From assembly GCA_002897675.1 (NCBI GenBank), contig BDSU01000003.1:19449-83448 (forward strand): a stretch of DNA of 64,000 bases, read 5' to 3'. The notes beneath the pieces are model-generated. The model was not told where the DNA came from, ran no database searches, and saw nothing but the letters and a program-made list of their open reading frames with translations. Made by a program: the position numbers and the translations under genes. Of the stretch, positions 46,719 to 58,749 are shown piece after piece. Positions within the stretch are counted from its first letter, which is position 1; every line of letters begins with the position of its first letter. The DNA comes from a bacterium BMS3Abin02. Its GTDB lineage: Bacteria; Actinomycetota; Acidimicrobiia; Spongiisociales; UBA4744.

Positions 46719-47433
46719 CCCCGCGCAGGTGACGGTCGTCCTTCCGACGTTCAACGAACGCGAGAATCTCGAACCGATCGTCAGGGACGTGACGCGACAC
46801 GGGTATCGTGTCTTGGTGGTCGATGATGCCTCGCCCGATGGCACGGGCGAACTGGCGGACGATCTTGCAAAGGAGATCCCTTCGGTCAGCGTTCTCCACC
46901 GGACGCAGAAGGCGGGTCTGGGCCCTGCCTACGCTGCCGGGTTTCGGCATGCGTTCTCAGACGGCGCCCGGATCATCTGCGAGATGGATGCCGACTTCTC
47001 CCACGACCCGGCGGCGCTTCCCTCGCTCGTGGAGGCAGTGGACCTTGGCGCGGAGCTCGCAATCGGCAGCCGGTATGTCGAGGGGGGCGCCACTCCGGAT
47101 TGGCCTCTGCATCGGCGCTTGCTGTCCAAGGGCGGGAACTGGTATGCGAGACGCATGCTCGCCCTCCCGATTGGTGATGCCACGGCGGGATTTCGCGCGT
47201 ATCGGGCCGAAGAACTGATGAGCCTCGAGGCCGAGACCTGTCTGGCCTCCGGATACGCTTTCCAGGTGGAAATGACCCTGCGAGCCGTGGATCAGGGCCT
47301 CCGAATCGTGGAGGTGCCGATTACGTTCAGAGACCGTCGCGAGGGCACGTCGAAGATGGGAGCCAAGATCGTGGTCGAGGCCATGTGGCTCGTCACAAAA
47401 TGGGGTGTTCGGAGGAGGGTCGCAGGGAGATGA
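46708..47433 (+). CDS. GT2 polyprenol-phosphate mannosyltransferase (Ppm1 / dolichol-P-mannose-synthase-like)
   Basis: VVLPTFNERENL…VVDDASPDGT…EMDADFSHDP. Confidence 0.8.
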   Translation: MPADPAQVTVVLPTFNERENLEPIVRDVTRHGYRVLVVDDASPDGTGELADDLAKEIPSVSVLHRTQKAGLGPAYAAGFRHAFSDGARIICEMDADFSHDPAALPSLVEAVDLGAELAIGSRYVEGGATPDWPLHRRLLSKGGNWYARRMLALPIGDATAGFRAYRAEELMSLEAETCLASGYAFQVEMTLRAVDQGLRIVEVPITFRDRREGTSKMGAKIVVEAMWLVTKWGVRRRVAGR

Positions 47434-47762
47434 CCGATGTGGCGGTGAGAGCATGGCGTGATACCTCCGATGATCTCGCAGACCCGATGCGGCCGTATCG
47501 GGGTCTCAAACAGGAGATGGTGAGCCTGCGTCCCATTCGGACACCCGCGGACGGCATCCATCGATCTGCTCTTCACCCAACCGGACCCGAGAGGGGTCGG
47601 TGTGGGAAGAGTCATACTGGACACCGCCCTCGCCGACCTTCGAGCCCGCCGTATCCACAGATTCGGCGTCGCCATGCTGCGGGCCACCGTCTGGCCAAGA
47701 GCTTCTTCGAAGCCCACGAGTTCAAGGTTCGAGCGATCATCATGCACTATGAAGACCTCTGA
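47430..47762 (+). pseudogene. possible frameshifted/truncated GNAT acetyltransferase remnant
   Basis: GNAT C-terminal signature split over two frames: …[31 protein letters not shown] (frame +1) and [23 protein letters not shown] (frame 0), joined near 47695. Confidence 0.25.
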
Positions 47763-48189
47763 TCGAGCACCGATTCCGGGCGTCGGCGTCGTCATCGTGC
47801 ACGAAGGAAAACTCCTGCTGATCCGGAGAGGTCATGGGGCGAACAAAGGCCTCTGGGCGGTACCGGGCGGAAAAGTCGAGTTTGGAGAGACACGCGAGGT
47901 CGCCGCCGCACGAGAGGCACGAGAGGAGACAGGTCTCGAGATCGCCGTCGGAGAGGTGGTATGGGCAGGCGACGCAATTGGACCCGGGGATCCACCCGCG
48001 TGGCATTTCACGCTCGTCGACTTCGCCGCGACGGTGGTCCGTGGAACATTGTGCGCGGGCGATGATGCAGCCGAGATCGAGTGGGTGCCGCTGAACGACG
48101 TGCTGAAGCGGCCCGTTACACCGACCATGGTCGACCTGATGAAGGTCCTCGTCGGCTCGAGGGAGTCCCGCCCGTTCAGAAAGATCTGA
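47749..48189 (+). CDS. NUDIX hydrolase
   Basis: Nudix box [25 protein letters not shown]. The start is at the internal [11 protein letters not shown]. Confidence 0.75.
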   Translation: MKTSDRAPIPGVGVVIVHEGKLLLIRRGHGANKGLWAVPGGKVEFGETREVAAAREAREETGLEIAVGEVVWAGDAIGPGDPPAWHFTLVDFAATVVRGTLCAGDDAAEIEWVPLNDVLKRPVTPTMVDLMKVLVGSRESRPFRKI

Positions 48190-49297
48190 GCACGAGGCCC
48201 GCACGCGGTTTGGGAATGAAGAGCGTCGTCTTCCGGGGGAAACGAAGCCCCTGAGCCGCTGCGTCCGAGACTGCTTTCTCCGGCACCGCAGCCATGAGGA
48301 GAACCGCACCGTCAGGAGCACCCGCGAGCTCACCGATGAGCCTCTCGGGATCCGGATGGAACACGGCGTCGTCCTCCCCGACACCGCACCGCGGATAGAG
48401 CAGCTCTCGCGCCACGGCAGTGCTGGCGCTTCTCCATGGGACGGGAAGATCCTGAAGCGGGCCCGCCTTCGGAACGAGAAGTCTCGATCCGCCGACGGTG
48501 ATCATCGTGATGGAACCGGGCACCGTCGGCGGTATCGACAAGACGGGCTGTACGTGTACGTCGAAGATGTCGCCGATGTCCCCGATGGCGAGAGTCGGGA
48601 AGAACCTGTGGATGGGACGTATCTGCAGTCCGCTGCCCTCCGCCGGTGCCACGAAAGCCATGATTGCGTCCCATCCACCCCGGCCTTCGCGCGAAGCCTG
48701 GTATTCGAGTGCCGCGGTAAACCGATGATGACCGTCCGCGATGGCCAGGGGATGCGCGTCGACGGCTTCGGCGATCGCGGCAGACTCCCTTTCGAGGTCA
48801 TACAAAGCATGGTGGACGCCCTCGGCCTCAAACGCGAAACGAGGAGGCCCTTCCGGTTCGAGCAGCGCAGGAAGCCCGGGTGCGGGGGAGAGGGTGATGA
48901 TCAGATCCAGATTCGACCGGGTTGCCCTCAGAAGCTCCAAGCGGTCGACTCCCGTGTGTGCCATCGTCTCCTCGTGGCCGAGGATCCGAGCGCCGATCGG
49001 CTCGAGACCCAGGGCGCCGATCACTCCACGTGCCTCGTGTTCAATGCCCTGATGCGAGCGGTAGCGCATCGTGTAGAGGTAGAAGCGAGGATCCGCGTCG
49101 ACCTGAAGCGTTCCGTTCCCCAGCCAGGATTTGAGAAGGCGTGCGGAATCCTGATACGTTTCCGGGAGAAGAAGCCTGACCATGTTGTGGGGCGAGGAGT
49201 CACGCAACGTGGCGGCGTCATCGATCATGTCGTACGGTGGGCTGGTGGACGCCGCGACATCGGCTGTGAACGTGGTTCCTCGGAAAGGTCTGAACAT
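48176..49297 (-). CDS. DUF1015-family protein
   Basis: About 370 aa. The start is taken at the internal MFRPFRG…. The 440-aa table ORF runs 5' through the divergent HAD gene. Confidence 0.65.
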   Translation of the reverse strand: MFRPFRGTTFTADVAASTSPPYDMIDDAATLRDSSPHNMVRLLLPETYQDSARLLKSWLGNGTLQVDADPRFYLYTMRYRSHQGIEHEARGVIGALGLEPIGARILGHEETMAHTGVDRLELLRATRSNLDLIITLSPAPGLPALLEPEGPPRFAFEAEGVHHALYDLERESAAIAEAVDAHPLAIADGHHRFTAALEYQASREGRGGWDAIMAFVAPAEGSGLQIRPIHRFFPTLAIGDIGDIFDVHVQPVLSIPPTVPGSITMITVGGSRLLVPKAGPLQDLPVPWRSASTAVARELLYPRCGVGEDDAVFHPDPERLIGELAGAPDGAVLLMAAVPEKAVSDAAAQGLRFPRKTTLFIPKPRAGLVLRSF

Positions 49298-50135
49298 GAC
49301 GAGAGTTGTAGTCGGTGCGGAGCGGTTCGGCAACGTCCTGTGCGATCTCAACGGCGTCCTGGACCGGGGCACCGAGGCGATCCCCGGAGCAGGGGACGCG
49401 CTGCGCCGTCTCGACGAGGCAGGGTTCTCCATCGTCTTCGTCACGAACAACTCGACGGGAACATGCGCCGACGTCGCCGAGACGATCGCCCGCCTCAACG
49501 GCTACCCGGCCTCACCGGACCAGGTCATCACCTCGGCCGTGGCCGCTGCCGCACTTCTCGCACCCGATCGGCCGGCCTCCATGGTGGTCGGCGGAGAGGG
49601 AATCCTATCGGCGCTGAGTGAGCGCGAGATCTCCATCGTCGTCGACCCCTCCGTCGCCGAAGCCGTGGTCGTGGGACTCGACGTCGACTTCACCTATCAA
49701 AGCCTCGACATGGCGGCGTCTGCGATCCGCAAGGGAGCCCGCTTCATTGCCACCAACACCGATGTCACCTTTCCCGGACCGGGTGATCTCCACGCCGGCG
49801 CAGGTGCGATAGTCGCTGCGATTGCAGCGGCATCCGGACGAACGCCGACGGTCGCCGGCAAACCTCACTCTGCGATACGGGCATTGGTCAAACAGCGACT
49901 CGTTCCCGGTCCTGTGTGGGTGGTGGGGGATCGTCCCGAGACCGATCTGGCCATGGCGAAGGCCGAGAACTGGAACGCTGCCCTGGTCCTGACGGGCGTC
50001 GTCTCGGACCCGGGCGAAGTTCCATCCGGCCTGGAACCGGACCTCGTCAACGCCTCTCTTTCCGAGTTCGCAGATGTCCTCACGAGCGACCGGCTCAGCG
50101 GCGAGCGGCGATCCGACCCCGGCGGACCCGTCTGA
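49296..50135 (+). CDS. HAD-superfamily (subfamily IIA, NagD-like) hydrolase
   Basis: Motif I LCDLNGVL, then …FVTNNS… and a C-terminal VGDRPETD. Confidence 0.8.
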   Translation: MTRVVVGAERFGNVLCDLNGVLDRGTEAIPGAGDALRRLDEAGFSIVFVTNNSTGTCADVAETIARLNGYPASPDQVITSAVAAAALLAPDRPASMVVGGEGILSALSEREISIVVDPSVAEAVVVGLDVDFTYQSLDMAASAIRKGARFIATNTDVTFPGPGDLHAGAGAIVAAIAAASGRTPTVAGKPHSAIRALVKQRLVPGPVWVVGDRPETDLAMAKAENWNAALVLTGVVSDPGEVPSGLEPDLVNASLSEFADVLTSDRLSGERRSDPGGPV

Positions 50136-50823
50136 GCAGTGTCGGTCGCATCAGGGTTGCGACGGCGACACCGAAGAGGAATCCGCCGACGTGAGCCTGC
50201 CACGCGATGCCCGTCGCCCCGACGAAGAACTGCCCGACGAACCAGAAGACCAGAAAGATCGACGCAGGGAGCGCAATCGGAAGGAAGAAGAGGATCGGGA
50301 ATACGGACACAACTCGAGCTCTGGGGTAGAGAACGAGATAGGCACCCATCACGCCGGCGATTGCGCCCGATGCGCCGATCAAAGGGGTGAGCGCGCTCGG
50401 GTTGGAGGCGACGAAGGCCGCTGTCGCAGCCACTCCCGAGGTCAGATAGAAGAGCACATACCCAGGCTTGCCGAAAGCATCTTCCACGTTGTTACCGAAG
50501 ATCCACAGTACCCAGAGGTTACCGATGAGATGCCACGGAGTCGCGTGCAGGAACATGGACACGAAGACGCTCCCCCACAGGTTCTTGTCCGGATAGAGAG
50601 GTGGAGGCCGAGGAATCGGCGAGCAGCCCGAGAGATCACCCTGGTCGAGAAGTCGGGCCGAAGAGAGTTCGCATGGAATCGCGGCGTGGTGGACATCGAA
50701 CTCCAGGGCGGCACGTTCACCGTGGGGCTGAACGAAGAAGAAGACGAACGCTGCCGCGGCGATGATCAGCCAAGTGATGACAGGGCGGGAGATGCCTGGA
50801 TTCGCGTCCCGAATGGGAATCAA
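50095..50823 (-). CDS. rhomboid-family intramembrane serine protease
   Basis: GASGAIAG serine motif and a catalytic His in AHVGGFLFG. Six TM segments. TTG start 6 nt after AGGAGG. The 298-aa table ORF is extended 5'. Confidence 0.8.
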   Translation of the reverse strand: MIPIRDANPGISRPVITWLIIAAAAFVFFFVQPHGERAALEFDVHHAAIPCELSSARLLDQGDLSGCSPIPRPPPLYPDKNLWGSVFVSMFLHATPWHLIGNLWVLWIFGNNVEDAFGKPGYVLFYLTSGVAATAAFVASNPSALTPLIGASGAIAGVMGAYLVLYPRARVVSVFPILFFLPIALPASIFLVFWFVGQFFVGATGIAWQAHVGGFLFGVAVATLMRPTLLRRVRRGRIAARR

Positions 50824-50854
50824 ATGACTCCTCCTGTCGGAGTGAGATGTGATA

Positions 50855-50998
50855 ATGGCGTGGATGGATGATACGCAAGTCGCCGAGATGCTCGAGAAGC
50901 TCGCCGGTATGAATCCGGCCGATGCTGCGGAAACGGCCGAAAGGCTGGCCGAGATGCTCGCGGATCGGCTCGAAGAGAGAGCGGAGGACACGGCCTGA
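50855..50998 (+). CDS. small conserved hypothetical protein (47 aa, MAWMDDTQVAEMLEKLAGMNPADAAETAERLAEMLADRLEERAEDTA)
   Basis: GC3 about 74 %. Its position is analogous to the small ORF preceding tlyA in mycobacterial genomes. Its TGA overlaps the candidate tlyA start. Confidence 0.4.
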   Translation: MAWMDDTQVAEMLEKLAGMNPADAAETAERLAEMLADRLEERAEDTA

Positions 50999-51774
50999 CC
51001 AGGCGCAGGCTCGATATCGAGCTCGTTCGCAGAGGGATGGTTGCGAGCCGCAGGGAAGCGCAGGCCGCCATCGAATCGCGAAGAGTGACGGTTGGAGGAG
51101 TGCCGACCCCAAAACCGGCCACCATGGTGGACAGTTCATCGTCTCTCCGCCTCGTTGGTCCATCGCCACGATTCGTCTCGCGAGGTGGCGACAAGCTCGC
51201 CGGAGCCCTCGACCTGTTCGATGTGGCTGTCACGGGGAGGCGCTGCCTGGATGCGGGAGCTTCGACAGGCGGCTTCAGCGATTGTCTGCTTCAGGAAGGA
51301 GCATCCGCGGTCGTTGCCCTGGACGTAGGGTATGGACAGCTGGCATGGAGGATCCGAAACGACCCGAGAGTACGGGTGGTGGAGAGAACCAACCTCCGTC
51401 ACGTGGACCCCGCCGACATCGATGCGCCCTTCGAGGTGATCGTTGCCGACCTGTCATTCATCTCCCTCTGTACGGTTCGCGAGGCGCTCGCGGCTTGCAG
51501 CACCGGGGACACAGACTTCGTCCTGTTGGTGAAGCCACAGTTCGAAACAGGACGGAGCAAGGTTGGCAAGGGCGGGATCGTGCGCGACCCTAAAGTGCAC
51601 ACTGAGGTGCTCGAGAGGGTGACCGGCTGTCTCGAGCGTTCGGGTATCGGTGCGAAAGAGGTGATTCGCTCTCCTATCCGGGGAGCCGGCGGGAACGTGG
51701 AGTTCTTCCTCTGGGCAAGGCAGGGGCTTGTGACTGTGAATGACGAGATGATCGCAAAGGTGGTGCACGCGTGA
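50995..51774 (+). CDS. tlyA: TlyA-family rRNA 2'-O-methyltransferase (S4 plus FtsJ-like domains)
   Basis: The conserved N-terminal sequence …RRRLDIELVRRGMVASRREAQAAIESRRVTV begins before the first ATG (51037). The 5' end is therefore placed at the in-frame CTG at 50995 (non-canonical, uncertain). Confidence 0.75.
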   Translation: MTRRRLDIELVRRGMVASRREAQAAIESRRVTVGGVPTPKPATMVDSSSSLRLVGPSPRFVSRGGDKLAGALDLFDVAVTGRRCLDAGASTGGFSDCLLQEGASAVVALDVGYGQLAWRIRNDPRVRVVERTNLRHVDPADIDAPFEVIVADLSFISLCTVREALAACSTGDTDFVLLVKPQFETGRSKVGKGGIVRDPKVHTEVLERVTGCLERSGIGAKEVIRSPIRGAGGNVEFFLWARQGLVTVNDEMIAKVVHA

Positions 51775-52574
51775 GGCTGACGATGGTCGTACACGAGAGG
51801 CGTCCACAGGCGGGAACCGTGGCGGAACGCTTTCGCGAAGGCTGCCTGCTGCGGGGCATCGAAATCGTGGACCAGGAAGCAGAGCACGTTGACGCCGTCA
51901 TTGCCATCGGCGGTGATGGGACCGTGCTGCGAGCAGCCAGAATCGCGTTGAAGTCGGGCGCCGCGCTCCTTGGAGTCAACGTTGGACGGAAGGGTTTCCT
52001 GGCGGATGTGGAGCCGGCCGGATTGCCTGAAGCACTGGACGTGTTGGCGTCTGGGACATGGCGCGAGTCGGCCCGCATGACGATCCGGGCACGCATGAAC
52101 GGAGGAGAGACGGCGGTGGGCATCAACGATGTGGTGGTCGAGAAGACCGGAGGGCACAGCATCATCTCGATCGAGGTTCGCGTCGACGGCGAACGCTTCA
52201 TCGACTACCACGCCGACGGCCTCGTGTTCGCAACGCCGACGGGTTCGACCGCCTACAACCTCTCTGCCGGTGGACCACTGATGGATCCCGAAGTCGAGGC
52301 GCTGATCATGTCGCCGGTCGCCCCCCACTCATTGTTCTCGAAGTCGGTCATCCTGCATCCGGATGCCGAGATCCGATGCATGGTGGTTGCCGACAGGCCC
52401 GCAGGCGTCAGTGTGGACGGACGAGATCTCGGAACGGCACACAGCGGCGACATGATCTTCATCGAACGTGGGTCTGAACAGGTTCGCTTCATCGACGTAT
52501 CGGGTACGTCGTTTCCTCGGCGTGTGAAGGACAAATTCCATCTCAATGAGGATCGAAGGTCGGTGGGTGGCTGA
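51771..52574 (+). CDS. nadK: NAD(+) kinase
   Basis: GGDGT motif (IAIGGDGTVL) and NadK C-domain. GTGA overlap with tlyA. Confidence 0.85.
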   Translation: MRLTMVVHERRPQAGTVAERFREGCLLRGIEIVDQEAEHVDAVIAIGGDGTVLRAARIALKSGAALLGVNVGRKGFLADVEPAGLPEALDVLASGTWRESARMTIRARMNGGETAVGINDVVVEKTGGHSIISIEVRVDGERFIDYHADGLVFATPTGSTAYNLSAGGPLMDPEVEALIMSPVAPHSLFSKSVILHPDAEIRCMVVADRPAGVSVDGRDLGTAHSGDMIFIERGSEQVRFIDVSGTSFPRRVKDKFHLNEDRRSVGG

Positions 52575-54167
52575 ATGCTCGACGAGTTGAAGGTCGAGAA
52601 CCTCGGCATCCTCGACGAAGTCACCATTGAGCCTGGCCCGGGACTGGTGGTTGTCAGCGGTGAAACCGGTGCAGGCAAGACTTTGCTCCTTGGAGCGTTG
52701 CGCCTGTTGATGGGCGGGCGCGTGTCCACCGACACGATCGGCCCGCGCACAGCAGAGGCCATGATCGAAGGCCGGTTCGTGATCGATCACGAGGAAATGG
52801 TGCTCGCACGACGTGTCACAGCTGGACGAAGCCGAGCCTACGTCGACGGGCACATGGTGCCGGCTCGTACGCTCGAGGAGCGGACGCAGTCACTCATCGA
52901 GATCATCGGCCAGCACGATCGGCTGAAGCTTGCCCGGCCGGGTGCGATGCGCAACCTCGTCGATGCTCGCCTGAACTCGCGTTCCGTGCTGGAGTCCTAC
53001 CGGGATGCGTGGGAGAACGTGAAGGGCCTCGAAGCAGACCTGGAGGCACTCGGAGGTGATCGTCGCGCCCTGGAACGCGAACACGACCTCCTTTCGTACC
53101 AGCACAACGACATCATTTCTGCCGGTTTTCAGGCCGGCGATGACGAACGGCTACGCCAAAGCGCCACGCGACTTCGCAATGCCGGCGAACTGACCGAGGG
53201 CCTCTCGAGAGTGCGCACGGCGCTCGAAGACACCATCACGGCCGCCGGATGGGCCATCGACGAACTGAGGACCGTCACCGGCCTCGACCCATCGACGGTC
53301 CCGCTGCTCGCCGAGGCCGACGAGGTTGCGGTACGTGCAGGCGAATTGTTCACCCAGGTGCGCCAGCTCGCGGAAGGCATCGAACATGACCCTGCCGCTC
53401 TCGACGTGCTGGAACAGCGCATTGCGCGCCTCGCCGATTTGCAGCGCAAGTACGGCGCAACACTCGATGACGTGCTCGGCTTCGGAGTGCGAGTGGGGCA
53501 CAGACTCGAACAGCTGGATCGTCTCCTGAGCCGGGCGGACGCCATCGGAGATGACCTGGGGGAAGCGAAGAAGGAACTCGAAGCAGCCGGAAGATCCCTG
53601 CTCCTCGCTCGAGAAGAGGCGGCGCGGACCATCGAGGGGGAGGCAGCACAGCATCTTCGCGAACTTGGGTTCTCCGACGCCTCGTTCCGGATAACAGTGG
53701 AAGAGACACAGGCCGGGCCAAACGGAGCCGACACCGTCCGGGTCCTCTTCGCCTCGGATAGCCGGCTGGACGCGGCACCCATCGATCGGTTCGCATCCGG
53801 CGGGGAGCTGAGCCGAATCGTTCTTGCCCTGCACCTCGCCGCAGACGTCGGGCACGTTCCCATCGTGGCCTTCGACGAGATCGACGCGGGCGTCGGCGGC
53901 GAAACGGCGCTTGCCCTTGGACGAAAACTGGCCAAGCTCGCGGTCAATCGTCAGGTGCTATGTGTCACACACCTCCCGCAGGTAGCCGCCTTCGCGGAGC
54001 GTCACTTCGTCGTCACCAGGGAAGGGATCCGGGCACGCGTCGGAAGGGTGGAGGGAGATGACCGGTTGCGTGAGCTGTCGAGAATGTTGGCAGGACTGCC
54101 AGAATCGGAGCAGGGTCGAAGGCACGCCGAAGAGTTGATCGCCGCGGCGCAGAGATATGACAGCTGA
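52575..54167 (+). CDS. recN: DNA repair protein RecN
   Basis: SMC-like Walker A GETGAGKT at the N-terminus, coiled coil, and a C-terminal signature/Walker B region. Confidence 0.9.
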   Translation: MLDELKVENLGILDEVTIEPGPGLVVVSGETGAGKTLLLGALRLLMGGRVSTDTIGPRTAEAMIEGRFVIDHEEMVLARRVTAGRSRAYVDGHMVPARTLEERTQSLIEIIGQHDRLKLARPGAMRNLVDARLNSRSVLESYRDAWENVKGLEADLEALGGDRRALEREHDLLSYQHNDIISAGFQAGDDERLRQSATRLRNAGELTEGLSRVRTALEDTITAAGWAIDELRTVTGLDPSTVPLLAEADEVAVRAGELFTQVRQLAEGIEHDPAALDVLEQRIARLADLQRKYGATLDDVLGFGVRVGHRLEQLDRLLSRADAIGDDLGEAKKELEAAGRSLLLAREEAARTIEGEAAQHLRELGFSDASFRITVEETQAGPNGADTVRVLFASDSRLDAAPIDRFASGGELSRIVLALHLAADVGHVPIVAFDEIDAGVGGETALALGRKLAKLAVNRQVLCVTHLPQVAAFAERHFVVTREGIRARVGRVEGDDRLRELSRMLAGLPESEQGRRHAEELIAAAQRYDS

Positions 54168-54192
54168 GTTCGCCCACGGGCTGCTACGCTGA

Positions 54193-56383
<2,191 letters not shown>

Positions 56384-56387
<4 letters not shown>

Positions 56388-57511
56388 TCATTGGAGTGCC
56401 ACGAGAGATCAAACCGGGTGAACATCGCGTCGCCATCACTCCTGTCGGTGTCCGTGAGCTCATCGGCAGAGGCCACCGCGTCGTCATCGAGACCCGCGCC
56501 GGAGAGGGCTCGACGATCCACGACGTTGAGTACGAAGATCAAGGCGGCGAGATCGCAGCATCTGCTCGAGACGTCTTCGAGATCGCCGAACTCATCCTCA
56601 AAGTGAAGGAGCTGCAGCCGCCGGAGGTCGCGATGCTGCACGCAGAGCAGGTGCTGTTCACGTATCTGCATCTGGCCGCTCATCCGGATCTGACAGCAAG
56701 GATGCTCGACCGTGACGTCATCGGTATCGCGTACGAAACCGTCGAACTTCCCGGCGGAGCGCTGCCACTGCTCGCTCCGATGTCGGAAGTGGCCGGAAGG
56801 ATGGCGACACAGGCCGGCGCCTACTTCTTGGAGAAGGCGCACGGTGGACGCGGTGTCCTGCTCGGCGGTGTCCCGGGGGTCATGCCGGCGAAAGTCGTGA
56901 TCATCGGTGCGGGCATGGCCGGTACGAACGCTGCGATGATGGCGGCGGGCCTCGGCGCCAGAGTGGTCGTTCTCGACACGGACGCGGCGAAACTGCAGGC
57001 CCTCGATGCCCTCTACCGTGGGCGCATCCTGACTTTGTCTTCGAACATGCTGACTATCGAGGAACAGGTACGGGACGCAGACCTCGTTATCGGAGCGGTC
57101 CTGCTTCCGGGAGCGTCCGCTCCCAAGCTGGTGACCGAGACGATGGTGAAGGAGATGAAACGCGGCTCCGTGCTCGTCGACATCGCGATCGATCAGGGCG
57201 GGTGTTTCGAAACGAGCAGAGAAACGACTCACCACGACCCCACCTACGTTCTCCACGAGGTCGTTCACTACGCCGTCGGAAACATCCCCGGCGCCGTTCC
57301 TCACACGTCGACCTACGCGCTCACCAATGCGACTTTGCCCTACGTCCTGGCGCTCGCCGACGGTGGCGTTTCGGGAGCCGTTGCCAGGCGTCCGGAGTTG
57401 TTGTTGGGACTGAATATCATCGGTTCCGCCATCGTCCATCGAGCCGTGGCGAAAAGCCTCGGGTTGGAGTATGCAGATCCGACACAGATCCTCGACCACT
57501 GGCCGAATTGA
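56384..57511 (+). CDS. ald: alanine dehydrogenase
   Basis: AlaDH/PNT N- and C-domains, with the NAD motif [14 protein letters not shown]. Confidence 0.9.
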
Positions 57512-57518
57512 CGCGAAG

Positions 57519-58409
57519 TTGGATGCGACAGGCACCCGGGCGGGAATCGAGGAGTACCTTGCATCTCTGACAATCGAGCGGGGCCTCTCGCCGAACACGG
57601 TCGCTGCGTATCGCCGCGATCTGCAGCAGTACCTGACGTTCCTCGATGGCCGTCCGAGCACCGCAGGGTCGGTCGTCGAGTTCGTCTCGATGCTCCACGG
57701 ATCGTCGTTGGCTCCGTCCACTGTCGCCCGCAAAATGGCGGCCCTTCGAGGTCTGCACCGTTTCCTGGTGGCCGAAGGCTCCGCTGTCGACGATCCGACG
57801 GTCTTGATCGAGACCCCAAAGCTCGCGCGCGGTCTGCCCAAGGCTCTCACGGTACAGGAGATGCTGAACCTGCTGGATGCACCCGATATTTCTTCGCCAC
57901 TCGGCCGCAGAGACCGAGCATTGCTCGAGTTCATGTACGCAACCGGCGCACGCGTCTCTGAGACAACCGGCATCGATACGGACGCGGTCGATCTCGAAGA
58001 ACGAACGGCGCTCGTGACCGGGAAGGGTTCAAAGCAGCGAGTCGTCCCGATCGGCGTGTATGCCGTCGAGGCCATTCGGGCCTACCTGCCCGATCGCATG
58101 GTCATGAGGTCGGGACGGCCGGATCCGGGCGCTCTTTTCCTCAGTGCGAGAGGCCGAAGGCTCAGCCGCCAGGGTGTGTGGCTGATCGTGCGGGCTCAGA
58201 CGTTGCGAGCGGGCATCACCCCAGATCGTGTTTCTCCCCATGTACTTCGGCACTCGACGGCGACCCACATGGTGGAAGGGGGAGCGGACCTCAGAACGGT
58301 TCAGGAAATGTTAGGGCACGCTAGTATCTCAACCACACAGGTGTACACCAAGGTCTCTCCTCAACATCTTTACGAGGTGTACGTTATGTCACACCCACGG
58401 AGCAGGTGA
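57519..58409 (+). CDS. xerD: tyrosine recombinase XerD
   Basis: N-terminal SAM-like domain (…YLASLTIERGLSPNTVAAYRRDL…) and catalytic R…HxxR…Y (HVLRHSTATHM…TTQVYT). A TTG start at 57519 is preferred over the ATG at 57471, which overlaps ald by 40 nt. Confidence 0.85.
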   Translation: MDATGTRAGIEEYLASLTIERGLSPNTVAAYRRDLQQYLTFLDGRPSTAGSVVEFVSMLHGSSLAPSTVARKMAALRGLHRFLVAEGSAVDDPTVLIETPKLARGLPKALTVQEMLNLLDAPDISSPLGRRDRALLEFMYATGARVSETTGIDTDAVDLEERTALVTGKGSKQRVVPIGVYAVEAIRAYLPDRMVMRSGRPDPGALFLSARGRRLSRQGVWLIVRAQTLRAGITPDRVSPHVLRHSTATHMVEGGADLRTVQEMLGHASISTTQVYTKVSPQHLYEVYVMSHPRSR

Positions 58410-58416
58410 ACACACA

Positions 58417-58749
58417 ATGGACGACATCCGTTCGACACTCACGAGGGAACGTGAAGAGCTGATTCGTCAGCTCGAGGAGTTCGGCGCGACCGATCGTGGC
58501 AACCTTCGTTCCGACGTTCAGTTCTCAGGATCCTTCGCAGACGCCGGTGCCGCCACTGCGGAACGCAGTGAAGTGATCGGCATCGTCCAGAGCCTCGCAC
58601 GCCGGGTTCGGATGGTCGATCGAGCGCTCGCCAAGATGGACGAAGGCACCTACGGAATCTGTGACCGCTGTGGCGAGCCGATCCCCGACGCCCGTCTCGA
58701 GGCTCGGCCCGAATCTGTCCTCTGCGTCGACTGTAAGTCCCGTTCTTGA
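58417..58749 (+). CDS. DksA/TraR-family C4 zinc-finger protein
   Basis: C-terminal CDRCGEPI…CVDC. Confidence 0.7.
   Translation: MDDIRSTLTREREELIRQLEEFGATDRGNLRSDVQFSGSFADAGAATAERSEVIGIVQSLARRVRMVDRALAKMDEGTYGICDRCGEPIPDARLEARPESVLCVDCKSRS

Noticed and set aside
50074-50871. 265-aa plus ORF
   Set aside because: It is antisense to the rhomboid protease gene (GxSG and His motifs, six TM segments on the minus strand).
57519-58409. xerD as an integrase of a mobile element, or the holin-like gene as a prophage marker
   Set aside because: xerD sits in the conserved housekeeping context (ald, xerD, dksA-like, scpA, scpB). No attachment repeats, capsid, terminase or transposase genes occur anywhere in the window.
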